Source: an uncultured Akkermansia sp.
GTDB taxonomy: Bacteria; Verrucomicrobiota; Verrucomicrobiia; Verrucomicrobiales; Akkermansiaceae
Assembly: GCA_904501975.1 (NCBI GenBank)
Contig: CAJGCZ010000002.1
Location: 47,308 to 111,307 of the forward strand
Direction: 5' to 3'
DNA length: 64,000 nt
The notes beneath the pieces are model-generated. The model saw only the letters and a list, made by a program, of their open reading frames with translations. It was not told where the DNA came from and did not search any database. The translations under genes and the position numbers were made by a program. This document shows positions 18,916-28,194 of this stretch, piece by piece (position 1 is the stretch's first letter; each line of letters opens with the position of its first letter).

Positions 18916-20997
18916 ATGTCACTCGAATCATTCTTCAATCCGAAGAGCATCGCTGTAGTCGGCGTTTCCGCTGACTCCACCAAGCTGGGCGCAGTTGTAT
19001 TCAACAACATCATTGCAGCTGACTACAAGGGCAATCTTTACGGTGTAAACCCCAAGATGGCCGGTCAGGAGCTTTGCGGCAAACCTTGCTACGCCAGTGT
19101 TGATGCCCTGCCCGAACCCATCGATCTTGTTGTCATTCTTGTACCGGCCCGTTTCACTGAGCCTGTAGTTGACGCATGTATCGCTAACGGCACCAAGAAC
19201 ATCTCCATCATTACCGCCGGTTTCGCCGAAGTTGGTGAGAAGGAGCTTGAGAAGCGCATTGCCGAGAAGTGCCTGAACAACGGCATTAACCTGCTTGGCC
19301 CGAACTGCCTTGGCCACATCTCCACGTTTGACAATGTTAATGCCTCCTTCGCAGACGGTTTCCCCGCTCGCGGTAATGTTGCATTCGTATCTCAGTCCGG
19401 TGCTTATTGCTCCGCTATCATGGACTGGGCTGCCGGTAAGGGTATCGGCTTCTCCCACTTCATCTCCATCGGTAACAAGGCCGTTATGGGTGAGGACAAG
19501 CTGCTGGACGCCCTTCAGGACGACCCGAACACCAACGCTTTCGTATTCTATCTTGAGTCCCTCAAGAATGGTCAGGAGTTCCTTCGCGTGATTAAGAAGG
19601 TTTCCGACACCAAGCCCTGTGTAATCATGGAGCCCGGTAAGAGCGCCAAGGCTCAGGCTGCCTCTCTTTCTCACACCGGTTCTCTTGCCCCGAACTACCG
19701 TGTGCTCGAGATGGCTCTCCAGGGTGCCGGTGCTATCCAGGCCTACAACGACCGCGAACTCTTCGGTCTTCTTGAGGTGCTGCAGTACTGCAACCACAAC
19801 CAGTTTGATGGCCAGGTAGCCGTATTGACCAACGCCGGTGGTGTAGGTGTGCTTACCTCCGACCTCTGCGAAGAAGCCGGTCTTGACCTTGCTCGCCCGA
19901 GCGAGAAGACAATCGAGGCTCTGCGCGCCGTTCTTACCCCCGAAGCTTCCCTTGGCAACCCCATCGACGTAGTGGGCGACGCTAAGGCTGACCGCTACGA
20001 GGCAGCTCTCCGCGTTCTCTGCGAGAGCGGTGAGTACAAGAACATTCTCGTACTTCTTACCCCGCAGCGCGTAACGGATTGCCCGGGCACAGCCGAGGCT
20101 GTTATCAAGCTGGCTCCCCAGTACCCGAACGTAAACATTTACTGCTCCTTCGTGGGTGGTGCACGTGTAGACGAAGGCCGCAAGCTTCTTAACGAGGCTA
20201 AGATTCTCAACTACGAGTACCCGGCCGACATCGTGCGTCTTCTTGGCTTGCTCAAGGCTCAGATGGCATTCCGTGGCAAGAAGATGGCTACCTGCGAAAC
20301 CGGCGAAGTGCCCGCAGAAATCAAGGCTGCTGTAACCTCCGCTAAGGAAGCTGGTCTTGCTTCTCTTCCCCAGGAGACAGTCAACATGCTCATGGACCAC
20401 TACGGCATCGATTATCCGAAGTGCGGTAACTTCACCGATAAGGAGGAAGCCCTTGCTTTCTGCAAGACCATCTTCCCGAACGCCGTTGTACTCAAGCTTT
20501 CTGCCCCCGATGCTCTGCACAAGACAGAAATGAAGGGTATTTACCTCAACATTAACGATGAGGCTTCCTTCACCGAGGCTTGGGACGCTCTCTGGGCTTC
20601 CATCAACAAGTTCCAGCTCAAGGGTGCTTCCGTTCTTATTCAGGAAATGATTACCAAGGCTACGGAAACTATTATCGGTGTGAACTCCGATAAGAACTTC
20701 GGTCGCGTCATGGTATTCGGCACCGGTGGTATCTACACCGAGGTGATGCGCGACACCAGCATGCGCATTCTCCCCGCCAATGACTTTGATGCCATGATTA
20801 AGGAGACAAAGGTAGGCACCATTCTTAACGGTGTTCGCGGCGAGGCCCCGAAGGCTGTAGGTGCTCTTACCGATACCCTTGCTAAGGTACAGAAGCTCGT
20901 TCTTGAGATTCCCGAAATCACCGCTATCGACGGCAACCCTGTTCTTGTAACGGCTGACCGCGCTGTTGTGGTTGACTTCAAGATGATTCTTAAGTAA
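18916..20997 (+). CDS. Acetate-CoA ligase (ADP-forming), fused alpha/beta
   Basis: FFNPKSIAVVG, GPNCLG, SQSGA, phospho-His SHTG, TNAGG, NPIDVVGDA and an ATP-grasp C-terminus (HKTE). Confidence 0.9.
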   Translation: MSLESFFNPKSIAVVGVSADSTKLGAVVFNNIIAADYKGNLYGVNPKMAGQELCGKPCYASVDALPEPIDLVVILVPARFTEPVVDACIANGTKNISIITAGFAEVGEKELEKRIAEKCLNNGINLLGPNCLGHISTFDNVNASFADGFPARGNVAFVSQSGAYCSAIMDWAAGKGIGFSHFISIGNKAVMGEDKLLDALQDDPNTNAFVFYLESLKNGQEFLRVIKKVSDTKPCVIMEPGKSAKAQAASLSHTGSLAPNYRVLEMALQGAGAIQAYNDRELFGLLEVLQYCNHNQFDGQVAVLTNAGGVGVLTSDLCEEAGLDLARPSEKTIEALRAVLTPEASLGNPIDVVGDAKADRYEAALRVLCESGEYKNILVLLTPQRVTDCPGTAEAVIKLAPQYPNVNIYCSFVGGARVDEGRKLLNEAKILNYEYPADIVRLLGLLKAQMAFRGKKMATCETGEVPAEIKAAVTSAKEAGLASLPQETVNMLMDHYGIDYPKCGNFTDKEEALAFCKTIFPNAVVLKLSAPDALHKTEMKGIYLNINDEASFTEAWDALWASINKFQLKGASVLIQEMITKATETIIGVNSDKNFGRVMVFGTGGIYTEVMRDTSMRILPANDFDAMIKETKVGTILNGVRGEAPKAVGALTDTLAKVQKLVLEIPEITAIDGNPVLVTADRAVVVDFKMILK

Positions 20998-21020
20998 TCA
21001 GCAGTAAAAAGCCAATTTTT

Positions 21021-21055
21021 AGCCACACTCTTGAAAAAGAGTGTGGCTTTGTTTT
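21021..21055 (+). terminator. Intrinsic terminator
   Basis: agccacactctt-gaaa-aagagtgtggct followed by Ts. Confidence 0.85.
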
Positions 21056-21165
21056 GAAAAAAGGGAGATTTTTTGTCATTTTTCAAATTAATACATTGTA
21101 ATATAAAAATTATGCTTGCTTTTTTCCTCAAAATAAGGCAGCATACCTGTGTTACATAATCTATC

Positions 21166-22653
21166 ATGAGACAACAACCCAAAATCGGCATCATTCAAAA
21201 CTCCCCTTTGACTGCAGACTTTTCCGGAAACATCCGACAAATTATCCAAGGATACCGCGAATGTGCAGACCACGGGGCAGATCTCGTCATTGCACCTGCT
21301 TATGGATTAAGCGGTGCACAACTGAAGGACCTGGCAAACAGATCCTCTTTCCTCCATCAAATTAACGACGCTCTTGAGTATTTAGCTCAGGAGGTAAGCG
21401 GGCCGCCCTTGCTCGTGGCTTCCTATATCTCTGTGAACGACTTATTCCTTGCAGATTACGAGGATGAAGATAATGGAGATTTCGACGTCACTCCCACGCT
21501 GGCAACAGACGAAAACCAGGGGCTCTTGGTACCTTTCCTTATTGAGCCCGGAGACATTACCGAGCTAGAAGATTCTGAAGTTGTTTATGTTGCCGGCATG
21601 AAAGTCTATATCGACTTGCATGACGAAGAAATTGGGCTTGAAGATTTGACTCCTGACCTTATTGTGCACATGGGCACATGCCCCTGGTACGCAACAAGTG
21701 CTAAGGAATTTGAAGAAAGACACCGCTTTGAAGCCTCGGAAAATGCAATACCTGTTGTTTCCGTGAAACATGTCGGAGCCTCCAATGGTGTTATTTATGG
21801 TGGAGGTTCGGCCATCTACCTTCCCAACGGTATGGTACAAACCCGCCTTCCGTTCTTTACGCCGATGGCGAAAGTTTGCACCATCGACGGTACTATTACA
21901 GCCAAGAGCCTCCCTTCTGAAGTTGAATTGCTCAGTGAAGCTCTCATCATCGGCATTCGAGATACTGTTAAGAACAGCGGCTACGAAGGTGTATGTTTCA
22001 ACATAGATAGCCCCTACGCCGAACTGTTAGCTGTATTAAGCGCAAAAGCTCTCGGTTCCGACAAAGTATATACTCTGAACTTCTCGGAGCAAGAGTCTAC
22101 GGTATCCACCCTCGGCGTCAATGTAAAAAACATCCGCCTTAACGATGTGTGCAAGGATATTGCAGACAGCATCGAAGAGCAGAAAGACCAGGACTTGGAG
22201 AAGCGTATTCAAAATACCACGCTTATTACCTACGCCGATGCCAACGGACTGATGCCGCTCACCGCCATCACACGACACGACATCATGACCGGTAATTTCG
22301 TGCTGTACGGAAACGCTGGTGGCTACCTGGCCCCCTTAGGCAACCTGTATGCCATGGACGCTTATCTGCTGAGCACCTACTACAAAGAGCAATACCCTGC
22401 CTTGTTCGGCACGCTCCAACAGCCGGCTTCTCCGGAGCAAGACCGCATCATTCACGAATTGGCAGACAAAAACATCGGTGCCTCCTCACTGTTGCATGAC
22501 CACCTGTGCCCCTTTGAGGAAAATTCCGTTCGTTCCATCCAGCGACGCATTATTTCCTCTGCGCTCAAGCGTACGATGCTCCCTGTCGTGCTGCAAGTTG
22601 ACAAGCCACGGGAAAGAATGGATATTCCCTTCCATCATCGATTAAACGACTGA
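21166..22653 (+). CDS. Divergent glutamine-dependent NAD+ synthetase (NadE)-like protein with degenerate catalytic motifs
   Basis: CN-hydrolase-like N-terminus (IGIIQNSPLTADFSGN, ADLVIAP) and NAD-synthase-like C-terminus (ALIIGIRD, LYGNAGGYLAPLGNLY, SALKR). Confidence 0.7.
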   Translation: MRQQPKIGIIQNSPLTADFSGNIRQIIQGYRECADHGADLVIAPAYGLSGAQLKDLANRSSFLHQINDALEYLAQEVSGPPLLVASYISVNDLFLADYEDEDNGDFDVTPTLATDENQGLLVPFLIEPGDITELEDSEVVYVAGMKVYIDLHDEEIGLEDLTPDLIVHMGTCPWYATSAKEFEERHRFEASENAIPVVSVKHVGASNGVIYGGGSAIYLPNGMVQTRLPFFTPMAKVCTIDGTITAKSLPSEVELLSEALIIGIRDTVKNSGYEGVCFNIDSPYAELLAVLSAKALGSDKVYTLNFSEQESTVSTLGVNVKNIRLNDVCKDIADSIEEQKDQDLEKRIQNTTLITYADANGLMPLTAITRHDIMTGNFVLYGNAGGYLAPLGNLYAMDAYLLSTYYKEQYPALFGTLQQPASPEQDRIIHELADKNIGASSLLHDHLCPFEENSVRSIQRRIISSALKRTMLPVVLQVDKPRERMDIPFHHRLND

Positions 22654-22670
22654 TGTAAAAATACATGATG

Positions 22671-22703
22671 GCGCTGTTGACACCAAGTCAACAGCGCTTT
22701 TTT
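22671..22703. terminator. Intrinsic terminator between convergent genes
   Basis: gcgctgttgac...gtcaacagcgc followed by Ts. Confidence 0.8.
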
Positions 22704-22714
22704 AGGCACACGAA

Positions 22715-23260
22715 CTAGGCAGTTTTTTCCGTCGGAGCCAATGAAATGAACAGCAGCGACCAGCCTGAGAAAATCATTTCAATTGCTATGATGGTTCCCA
22801 CAAGCCAGAGAGAAGAATCCGGCCACCCCCATACAACCATAGCACCCAGTATCATAGATACAAAGGCATTAAAATAACGCCACACAGCACCGCTTTCTTT
22901 ATGCATGGAGATAGCAACCAACAGACGCATTACGCCGCCTATGAGCAAACAAAGCCCCAAAACGAGCGTGATATACATTAATGAAGCAACCGGCAAAACA
23001 ACCATAGCACTACCCAATATCAGATAAATAATACCCGACACTAGGCTCCAAACTCGTTTTCCGGCCATAGTAAAGACATGCCATAAATGCACAAGCCCTA
23101 TGATAACAAGTGCCACACCGCACACCCATACAGCAGCAGCCCCCAGCAGGAGCGGAAAACTCAGCATCAGGAACCCTAAAATGAGCTCTGCCATAGCCAA
23201 AATAGCACCCAGCCAATGATTGGCAACAGGCTTAATTGTAGTAGTAGATGTAGTACTCAT
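22715..23260 (-). CDS. HdeD/DUF308 family membrane protein
   Basis: 6 TM segments; WP.SSLWLVG..IAIEMIFSG signature. Confidence 0.85.
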   Translation of the reverse strand: MSTTSTTTIKPVANHWLGAILAMAELILGFLMLSFPLLLGAAAVWVCGVALVIIGLVHLWHVFTMAGKRVWSLVSGIIYLILGSAMVVLPVASLMYITLVLGLCLLIGGVMRLLVAISMHKESGAVWRYFNAFVSMILGAMVVWGWPDSSLWLVGTIIAIEMIFSGWSLLFISLAPTEKTA

Positions 23261-23261
23261 A

Positions 23262-23909
23262 TCAGACTAAGTTTTCGTACAGTTGAGATACAAACTTCCA
23301 GTTGATGTGGCGCATAAACGCCTCTATGTAGCCTTTTCTATTGTTTTTCCAAGTCGGGTAATACGCATGCTCCCAAACATCACAAGCCAAAAGAGGCATA
23401 AACGCCGGCACCAGCACATCCTGATGACGCGTGATACCGCATACCATTAATCGACGGCTCACTGAATCTACCCCCAGAACGGCCCAGCCACTGCCTTGTA
23501 CATTTTCTGCCACGCCCGTAAACAAGCGGTAGAACGCATCATAGCTACCAAAAGAGCGAGACATCACATCAGCTAAGAGCCCAAACGGCAAATCCTGCGG
23601 CAAGGGAGATAAGTTATGCCAATAGAGGGTATGCAAAATGTGCCCTGCTAAATTGAATGTAAGTTTCTGCGTGCAGTACGGGGCAAGTTCTCCGCCCAGA
23701 GAGCCATTGTTAATGCGGCGCAATTCTTCTGCTGCAGCGTTTGCTCCGGCAACATAAGCAGCATGGTGTTTATCGTGGTGCAACAGCAGATTTTGTGTAT
23801 TTACCACCGGCTCCATCTCTGTTACTTCATAAGGGAGCGGCGGCAACACATAGCGACCATCTGCGTATCCGTGTGTAAGGCAATTTCCGTTCATGAAGTA
23901 GAGACACAA
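23262..23909 (-). CDS. sod: Fe/Mn superoxide dismutase
   Basis: LPPLPY, HHDKHHAAYV, GHILH, GSGW and DVWEHAYY; start may be ATG 23894. Confidence 0.95.
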   Translation of the reverse strand: MCLYFMNGNCLTHGYADGRYVLPPLPYEVTEMEPVVNTQNLLLHHDKHHAAYVAGANAAAEELRRINNGSLGGELAPYCTQKLTFNLAGHILHTLYWHNLSPLPQDLPFGLLADVMSRSFGSYDAFYRLFTGVAENVQGSGWAVLGVDSVSRRLMVCGITRHQDVLVPAFMPLLACDVWEHAYYPTWKNNRKGYIEAFMRHINWKFVSQLYENLV

Positions 23910-23950
23910 AGTCCTCTACAATTGACAAGTATATGTTGGAAAATTAGAGC

Positions 23951-24724
23951 TCAGTTATCCCAGTCCATGCTAATGACAGTGACATTATCAGCATGTGGTT
24001 CATCCAATTCACAACAAGCCTGCACCAAGCGAGTGGAAAGATTACCGGTACGCTCCTCAAATATAGCTTTAACGCTTTCCGGTAAGGCTGCAACGTAAAG
24101 CAAATCATCTGTGCCGTCAGAGGTCAAAATAATACGGTCTCCGGGCAATAAGGGATAGGGTGTTGCAGAGGCGTCTATCAACTCGATGGCGTGCCCTGTA
24201 ACAGCAGAACGCAACGAATGGCCCCGCATCACCGCTTCCTCAAAAGTCAAACAACCGGCCTGCACATATTGCATGTAGACGGAGCGCATAGAATGATCTT
24301 CATTCAAACGAACCAAGCGCCCCCTTCTCCACAAATACAACGGAGAATCGCCTACACTAATCCACCACAGCACACCGTTGCTGATAAAAGCAGCTACCAG
24401 CGTAGTGCCCCCAAAATCACCGGAGGATTTAAAAATGCGACCTACGGCTCGATTAGCCGCCTCCAAAGCATGAATAAGACGCTCTTGGATAGGGGTATCC
24501 AATTCGGACTCAAAAGCCTCAACAAAGGAGGCAGCAGCCGTTTTAGAGGCAACATCGCCATGCATGTGCCCGCCCATGCCATCACACACAACGGCAAGTG
24601 TGCCTACAGGATAATGCCGCACCAAGTAAGAATCTTCCTGGTGTTCTCGTTTTCCTATCCACTGAGCAATGACGGCGTTCACGCTTATCATTGAATAGCA
24701 CAACATCTGCGCCAAATCAAGCAA
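23951..24724 (-). CDS. PP2C-family Ser/Thr protein phosphatase
   Basis: R..QED, CDGMGG, GTT, GDS, SDG and DNVT motifs; start uncertain (probably about 24691). Confidence 0.9.
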   Translation of the reverse strand: MLDLAQMLCYSMISVNAVIAQWIGKREHQEDSYLVRHYPVGTLAVVCDGMGGHMHGDVASKTAAASFVEAFESELDTPIQERLIHALEAANRAVGRIFKSSGDFGGTTLVAAFISNGVLWWISVGDSPLYLWRRGRLVRLNEDHSMRSVYMQYVQAGCLTFEEAVMRGHSLRSAVTGHAIELIDASATPYPLLPGDRIILTSDGTDDLLYVAALPESVKAIFEERTGNLSTRLVQACCELDEPHADNVTVISMDWDN

Positions 24725-24775
24725 AATCCGCCATGGGAGGCGCTAAAGATAAAAAATTGCGGCAGTCGATACAGA

Positions 24776-24815
24776 AAATCCCCCATCCTCGGACAACTGC
24801 GAGAATGGGGGATAA
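24776..24815 (-). terminator. Terminator hairpin after lysS
   Basis: atcccccat...atgggggat with an A-run on the plus strand. Confidence 0.6.
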
Positions 24816-24829
24816 AGATTCGGGAGCTA

Positions 24830-26317
24830 TCAGCTGCGATTCTTGAGCTGCGGGAACAAGATGATATCACGGATGGAGCAAGCGCCGGTCAGGAGCATGC
24901 ACAAACGGTCGATACCGATACCGATACCACCGGCGCTGGGCATACCGCTTTCCAACGTCTCCACGAAATCGTAGTCAATCTTCTGTGTTTCCTCACCGGC
25001 CTGGTGCATCAAACGCTCCAGCTGCTCAACGGGGTCGTTCTGCTCAGAGTATCCGGGGCAAAGCTCCTGACCGTTCATTACCAGCTCAAACACGTCTACC
25101 ACCTCCGGATTTTCCGGATTAGCTTTGGCCAAGGGCACAAGGTCACGAGCAACATGGCATACGAACAGCGGGTTAGCCTGCTTCTCTTCCACCAATTTTT
25201 CGTAAACCTGCTGAGTGACGGCCGTATCGTCCAACTCTTCACCAATTTGCAGGTGAAGGTCGTTTTCTGCACGGCTACGACGCTGCTCGGGTGTCAAATC
25301 AAACCAATCAGCACCGGCAACCTCCTTCACCAAGTCGTTATAATCGGCGCGGCGCCAGGGGCGAGTCAAGTCTACAGTCCAACGAACTTCGCCGTTCTCA
25401 TCGTACTGGTCAAACTTAAGAGTGCCGAACACCTTTTCTGCGACGGTGCAAATCATCTCCTCCATCATCTCGGCCATGGTCTCAAAATCACCACCGGCTT
25501 CGTACACCTCTAGTACGGTAAACTCAGGATTATGACGACGGTCTACACCCTCATTACGGAAGTTGCGGTTCAGTTCAAACACCTTGGGGAAACCACCCAC
25601 GAGCAAACGCTTAAGGAAAAGCTCAGGAGCAATACGCAGCGTTACAGCCTTCTTGAGAGCATTGTAGTAGGACTCGAACGGCTTGGCGGAAGCGCCACCG
25701 GCAATATCCTGCAACATCGGCGTTTCAACTTCCAAGAATCCGCGATCCGTCAGATAACGACGAACCTCCTGAATAATAAGGGAGCGCTTGACAAAACGAT
25801 CGGCGCTGTCGGCATTGCTCATCAGGTCAAGGTGACGACGACGATAGCGCAGTTCCATATCGGCTAGGCCGTGGAACTTATCAGGCATGGGGCGCAAAGC
25901 CTTAGAAAGCACAGTGAAAGAATCCACACGAACAGACGGCTCACCCGTGCGGGTAATAAAGGTTTCACCCTCCACGCCGATCCAGTCACCACGCTCCAAA
26001 AGCTTCCACAAAGCCCAAGTTTCCTCGGTGCAAGCCTTCTTCGTGAGCATGCACTGAATGCTGCCGCGCACATCACTGATAGAGAAGAACTGCGTACGGC
26101 CCATATCACGCAATGCGGTAATACGGCCCAAAAGTTTCACCTGTTTACCCTCGCAGAAATCGGCCTTGAGTGAACCGGGATCGGTCGTGACATCGAATCG
26201 GCAGCCATAGGGATTTACCCCCAGAGCGCGAATCTTGTCAACCTTCTCACGGCGTACAGCAATCAATTCCTCTTCTGAGGAACCCGGAGCGGTATTAACA
26301 GTTTGTTCTTCTGACAT
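24830..26317 (-). CDS. lysS: Lysine--tRNA ligase (class II)
   Basis: RYRRRHLDL, LRIAPEL, FRNEG, HNPEF and GIGIDRL motifs. Confidence 0.97.
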   Translation of the reverse strand: MSEEQTVNTAPGSSEEELIAVRREKVDKIRALGVNPYGCRFDVTTDPGSLKADFCEGKQVKLLGRITALRDMGRTQFFSISDVRGSIQCMLTKKACTEETWALWKLLERGDWIGVEGETFITRTGEPSVRVDSFTVLSKALRPMPDKFHGLADMELRYRRRHLDLMSNADSADRFVKRSLIIQEVRRYLTDRGFLEVETPMLQDIAGGASAKPFESYYNALKKAVTLRIAPELFLKRLLVGGFPKVFELNRNFRNEGVDRRHNPEFTVLEVYEAGGDFETMAEMMEEMICTVAEKVFGTLKFDQYDENGEVRWTVDLTRPWRRADYNDLVKEVAGADWFDLTPEQRRSRAENDLHLQIGEELDDTAVTQQVYEKLVEEKQANPLFVCHVARDLVPLAKANPENPEVVDVFELVMNGQELCPGYSEQNDPVEQLERLMHQAGEETQKIDYDFVETLESGMPSAGGIGIGIDRLCMLLTGACSIRDIILFPQLKNRS

Positions 26318-26326
26318 AGCGCGGAG

Positions 26327-26355
26327 ATTATACGCCTTTTTCTAAAAATTTCCAG
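26327..26355 (-). promoter_or_regulatory. Promoter CTGGAA-17-TATAAT, 9 nt before the lysS ATG
   Basis: Reverse-complement reading. Confidence 0.65.
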
Positions 26356-26494
26356 TCTAAAATCATTTTTTCATGTAAAAGATAAACATAATCATCATCT
26401 ACGAGCGTGGGAACAAAACGAAACGTCGTAAAAAATCAGATTTTCCGCACATTTCCTCAATAAATAACACTGACACAGAAAGACACGCTACAGG

Positions 26495-26524
26495 CTGGAA
26501 GAAGGGTTGCAAAAGTAGTATAAT
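26495..26524 (+). promoter_or_regulatory. Promoter CTGGAA-18-TATAAT, 8 nt before the mcsA GTG
   Basis: Direct reading. Confidence 0.6.
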
Positions 26525-26532
26525 ACGCGGCT

Positions 26533-27048
26533 GTGAAGAAGTGCCAAATATGTGGAAAGCGCGCGTCTATGCAATTGACGCAAATTGTTAACGGACAAGT
26601 GACAGAGCTTATCCTGTGTGAGGAGTGTGCCAAGAAAAAAGGCTTATTTGACCCGCAATCACTATCGTTCGCAGAAAAGTTTTTCCCCGAGGAATTGAAA
26701 AAAAAGGTAGAAGAAATCGTGAAAGAGCTCACAGGGCATACAGTGAATGCCGGTGCACCTGAAAGCAAGGAGAATACGCTTGACATGTTAGCCGAATGTC
26801 CGGTGTGCCATTTTACGAGAGAAAATCATCGCCGCACCGGAAGGTTCGGGTGCCCGGCTTGCTACGACACCTTTGAGGCAGAATTGAAAGGCACTTTGGT
26901 AGCGAACGACAACCATGCGGTAGAAGAATCCGCGCTCACACCGGAGCAGCTAAAGCAGCAGCTTGAAAAACGGATGAAGGAAGCCATTGCAACGGAAGAT
27001 TACGAAACAGCTGCCGCGTTGCGAGACAAACTTAAGGAACTGAACTAA
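26533..27048 (+). CDS. mcsA: McsA-like Zn-finger/UvrB-UvrC motif protein
   Basis: Four CxxC motifs (CQIC, CEEC, CPVC, CPAC), GRFGC and EDYETAAALRD; upstream of mcsB-clpC. Confidence 0.9.
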   Translation: MKKCQICGKRASMQLTQIVNGQVTELILCEECAKKKGLFDPQSLSFAEKFFPEELKKKVEEIVKELTGHTVNAGAPESKENTLDMLAECPVCHFTRENHRRTGRFGCPACYDTFEAELKGTLVANDNHAVEESALTPEQLKQQLEKRMKEAIATEDYETAAALRDKLKELN

Positions 27049-27059
27049 CCCCCTGCACC

Positions 27060-28193
27060 ATGGCTAAATCTTTCAAAGCACTGTTAAACAAGCGACCGCC
27101 GTGGTTTTCTCACGTAGGAGCAGGTGGCGAGGTCATTCTTGGCACCATGGCTCGAGTTGTTCGCAATTTACCGGGTCACTGTTTCCCGGGATGGAGCACA
27201 GAAGAAGGGCGCAAGGCTGTAGCCGACATTCTATTGCCGGTCATTCTCGAATTGCCCGGCAATAAAACAGCCGCCTTCAGCGCAGAGCTGAGCAATCTGA
27301 GCTATACTCAACGCCGCGTTCTCTTAGAGCGCAAGCAAATCAGCCACAGTATGGCAGCCCGCCAAGCCGGCTGCCACATCGTCATCAACGGCAAACAAGA
27401 CACTGTATTCATGATTAACGAAGAAGAGCATCTCGTAATGCACTTCTTTGCGACGGATGACAACTGCTTTCCCGTGCTGAAGCGCGCTGAAAAAATTACC
27501 GCAGCACTGGAGCAAAAGCTGCAATTTGCCACCAACGCTCATGGCGACAACCTCACCAGCCTCCCGACTGAAGCAGGGTGCAGTGTACAGCTCTATACCA
27601 TTCTTCATCTTCCGGGCTTGGTAACTGCAAACATGATGCAGCAAGTAAACAGAGCTTTGGAGAAAATGTGTCTCTCCATTTCACCATTTTACCAAAACCT
27701 GGGCGACGACGCCGGCAATCTGTTTGTTGTGTACACAGCCCCCATTCCACAGGGAGAAGAAGAAGAAGTGGCGGAAATGCTCGAACAAATAACCACCGCT
27801 CTTCAAACGCGCGAGTGCCAGGTACGCAACCGTCTCATTCAGAATCCGGAAACCACCTCCATGATTCCGGACTTAGTCAACCGTGCTTACGGCATCATGC
27901 GCTACGCCTGCCGTATGGAGTACAAAGAATTTCTCGCCTCAATTTCCATGCTCAAATTAGGGCTTAGCGTCGGTTTCATACGTCCGACAACACTCAGTCC
28001 TATTCAGTTCTTGGACAAATTGTCGGAATATATGCTGGAAACAGCACCCTACCATGCAGAATACCAACACCAAGTAACAGATTCCTTGGTACACTCCATG
28101 CGCTGCCTCATCAATTGCAGCATACTGGCAGAAATTGAACTTCTTTCAGACTTTTACAAAGCAGCCCAGTCAGCATTAACAGACGAGCAATAA
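27060..28193 (+). CDS. mcsB: McsB protein-arginine kinase homologue, apparently catalytically degenerate
   Basis: RVVRN, MINEEEH, HLPGL and RAYGIM; position between mcsA and clpC. Confidence 0.85.
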   Translation: MAKSFKALLNKRPPWFSHVGAGGEVILGTMARVVRNLPGHCFPGWSTEEGRKAVADILLPVILELPGNKTAAFSAELSNLSYTQRRVLLERKQISHSMAARQAGCHIVINGKQDTVFMINEEEHLVMHFFATDDNCFPVLKRAEKITAALEQKLQFATNAHGDNLTSLPTEAGCSVQLYTILHLPGLVTANMMQQVNRALEKMCLSISPFYQNLGDDAGNLFVVYTAPIPQGEEEEVAEMLEQITTALQTRECQVRNRLIQNPETTSMIPDLVNRAYGIMRYACRMEYKEFLASISMLKLGLSVGFIRPTTLSPIQFLDKLSEYMLETAPYHAEYQHQVTDSLVHSMRCLINCSILAEIELLSDFYKAAQSALTDEQ

Positions 28194-28194
28194 C

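Noticed and set aside
18928..20520. 530-aa antisense ORF (similarly 6026-7042, 16774-17895, 51694-53076 and 56570-58060)
   Set aside because: These are shadow ORFs opposite well-supported, codon-biased genes and carry no recognisable motifs or expression signals.
26356..26494. Intergenic stretch between the divergent lysS and mcsA promoters as a possible sRNA or riboswitch
   Set aside because: No convincing structure, promoter or terminator is visible, and both flanking genes appear near-leaderless.
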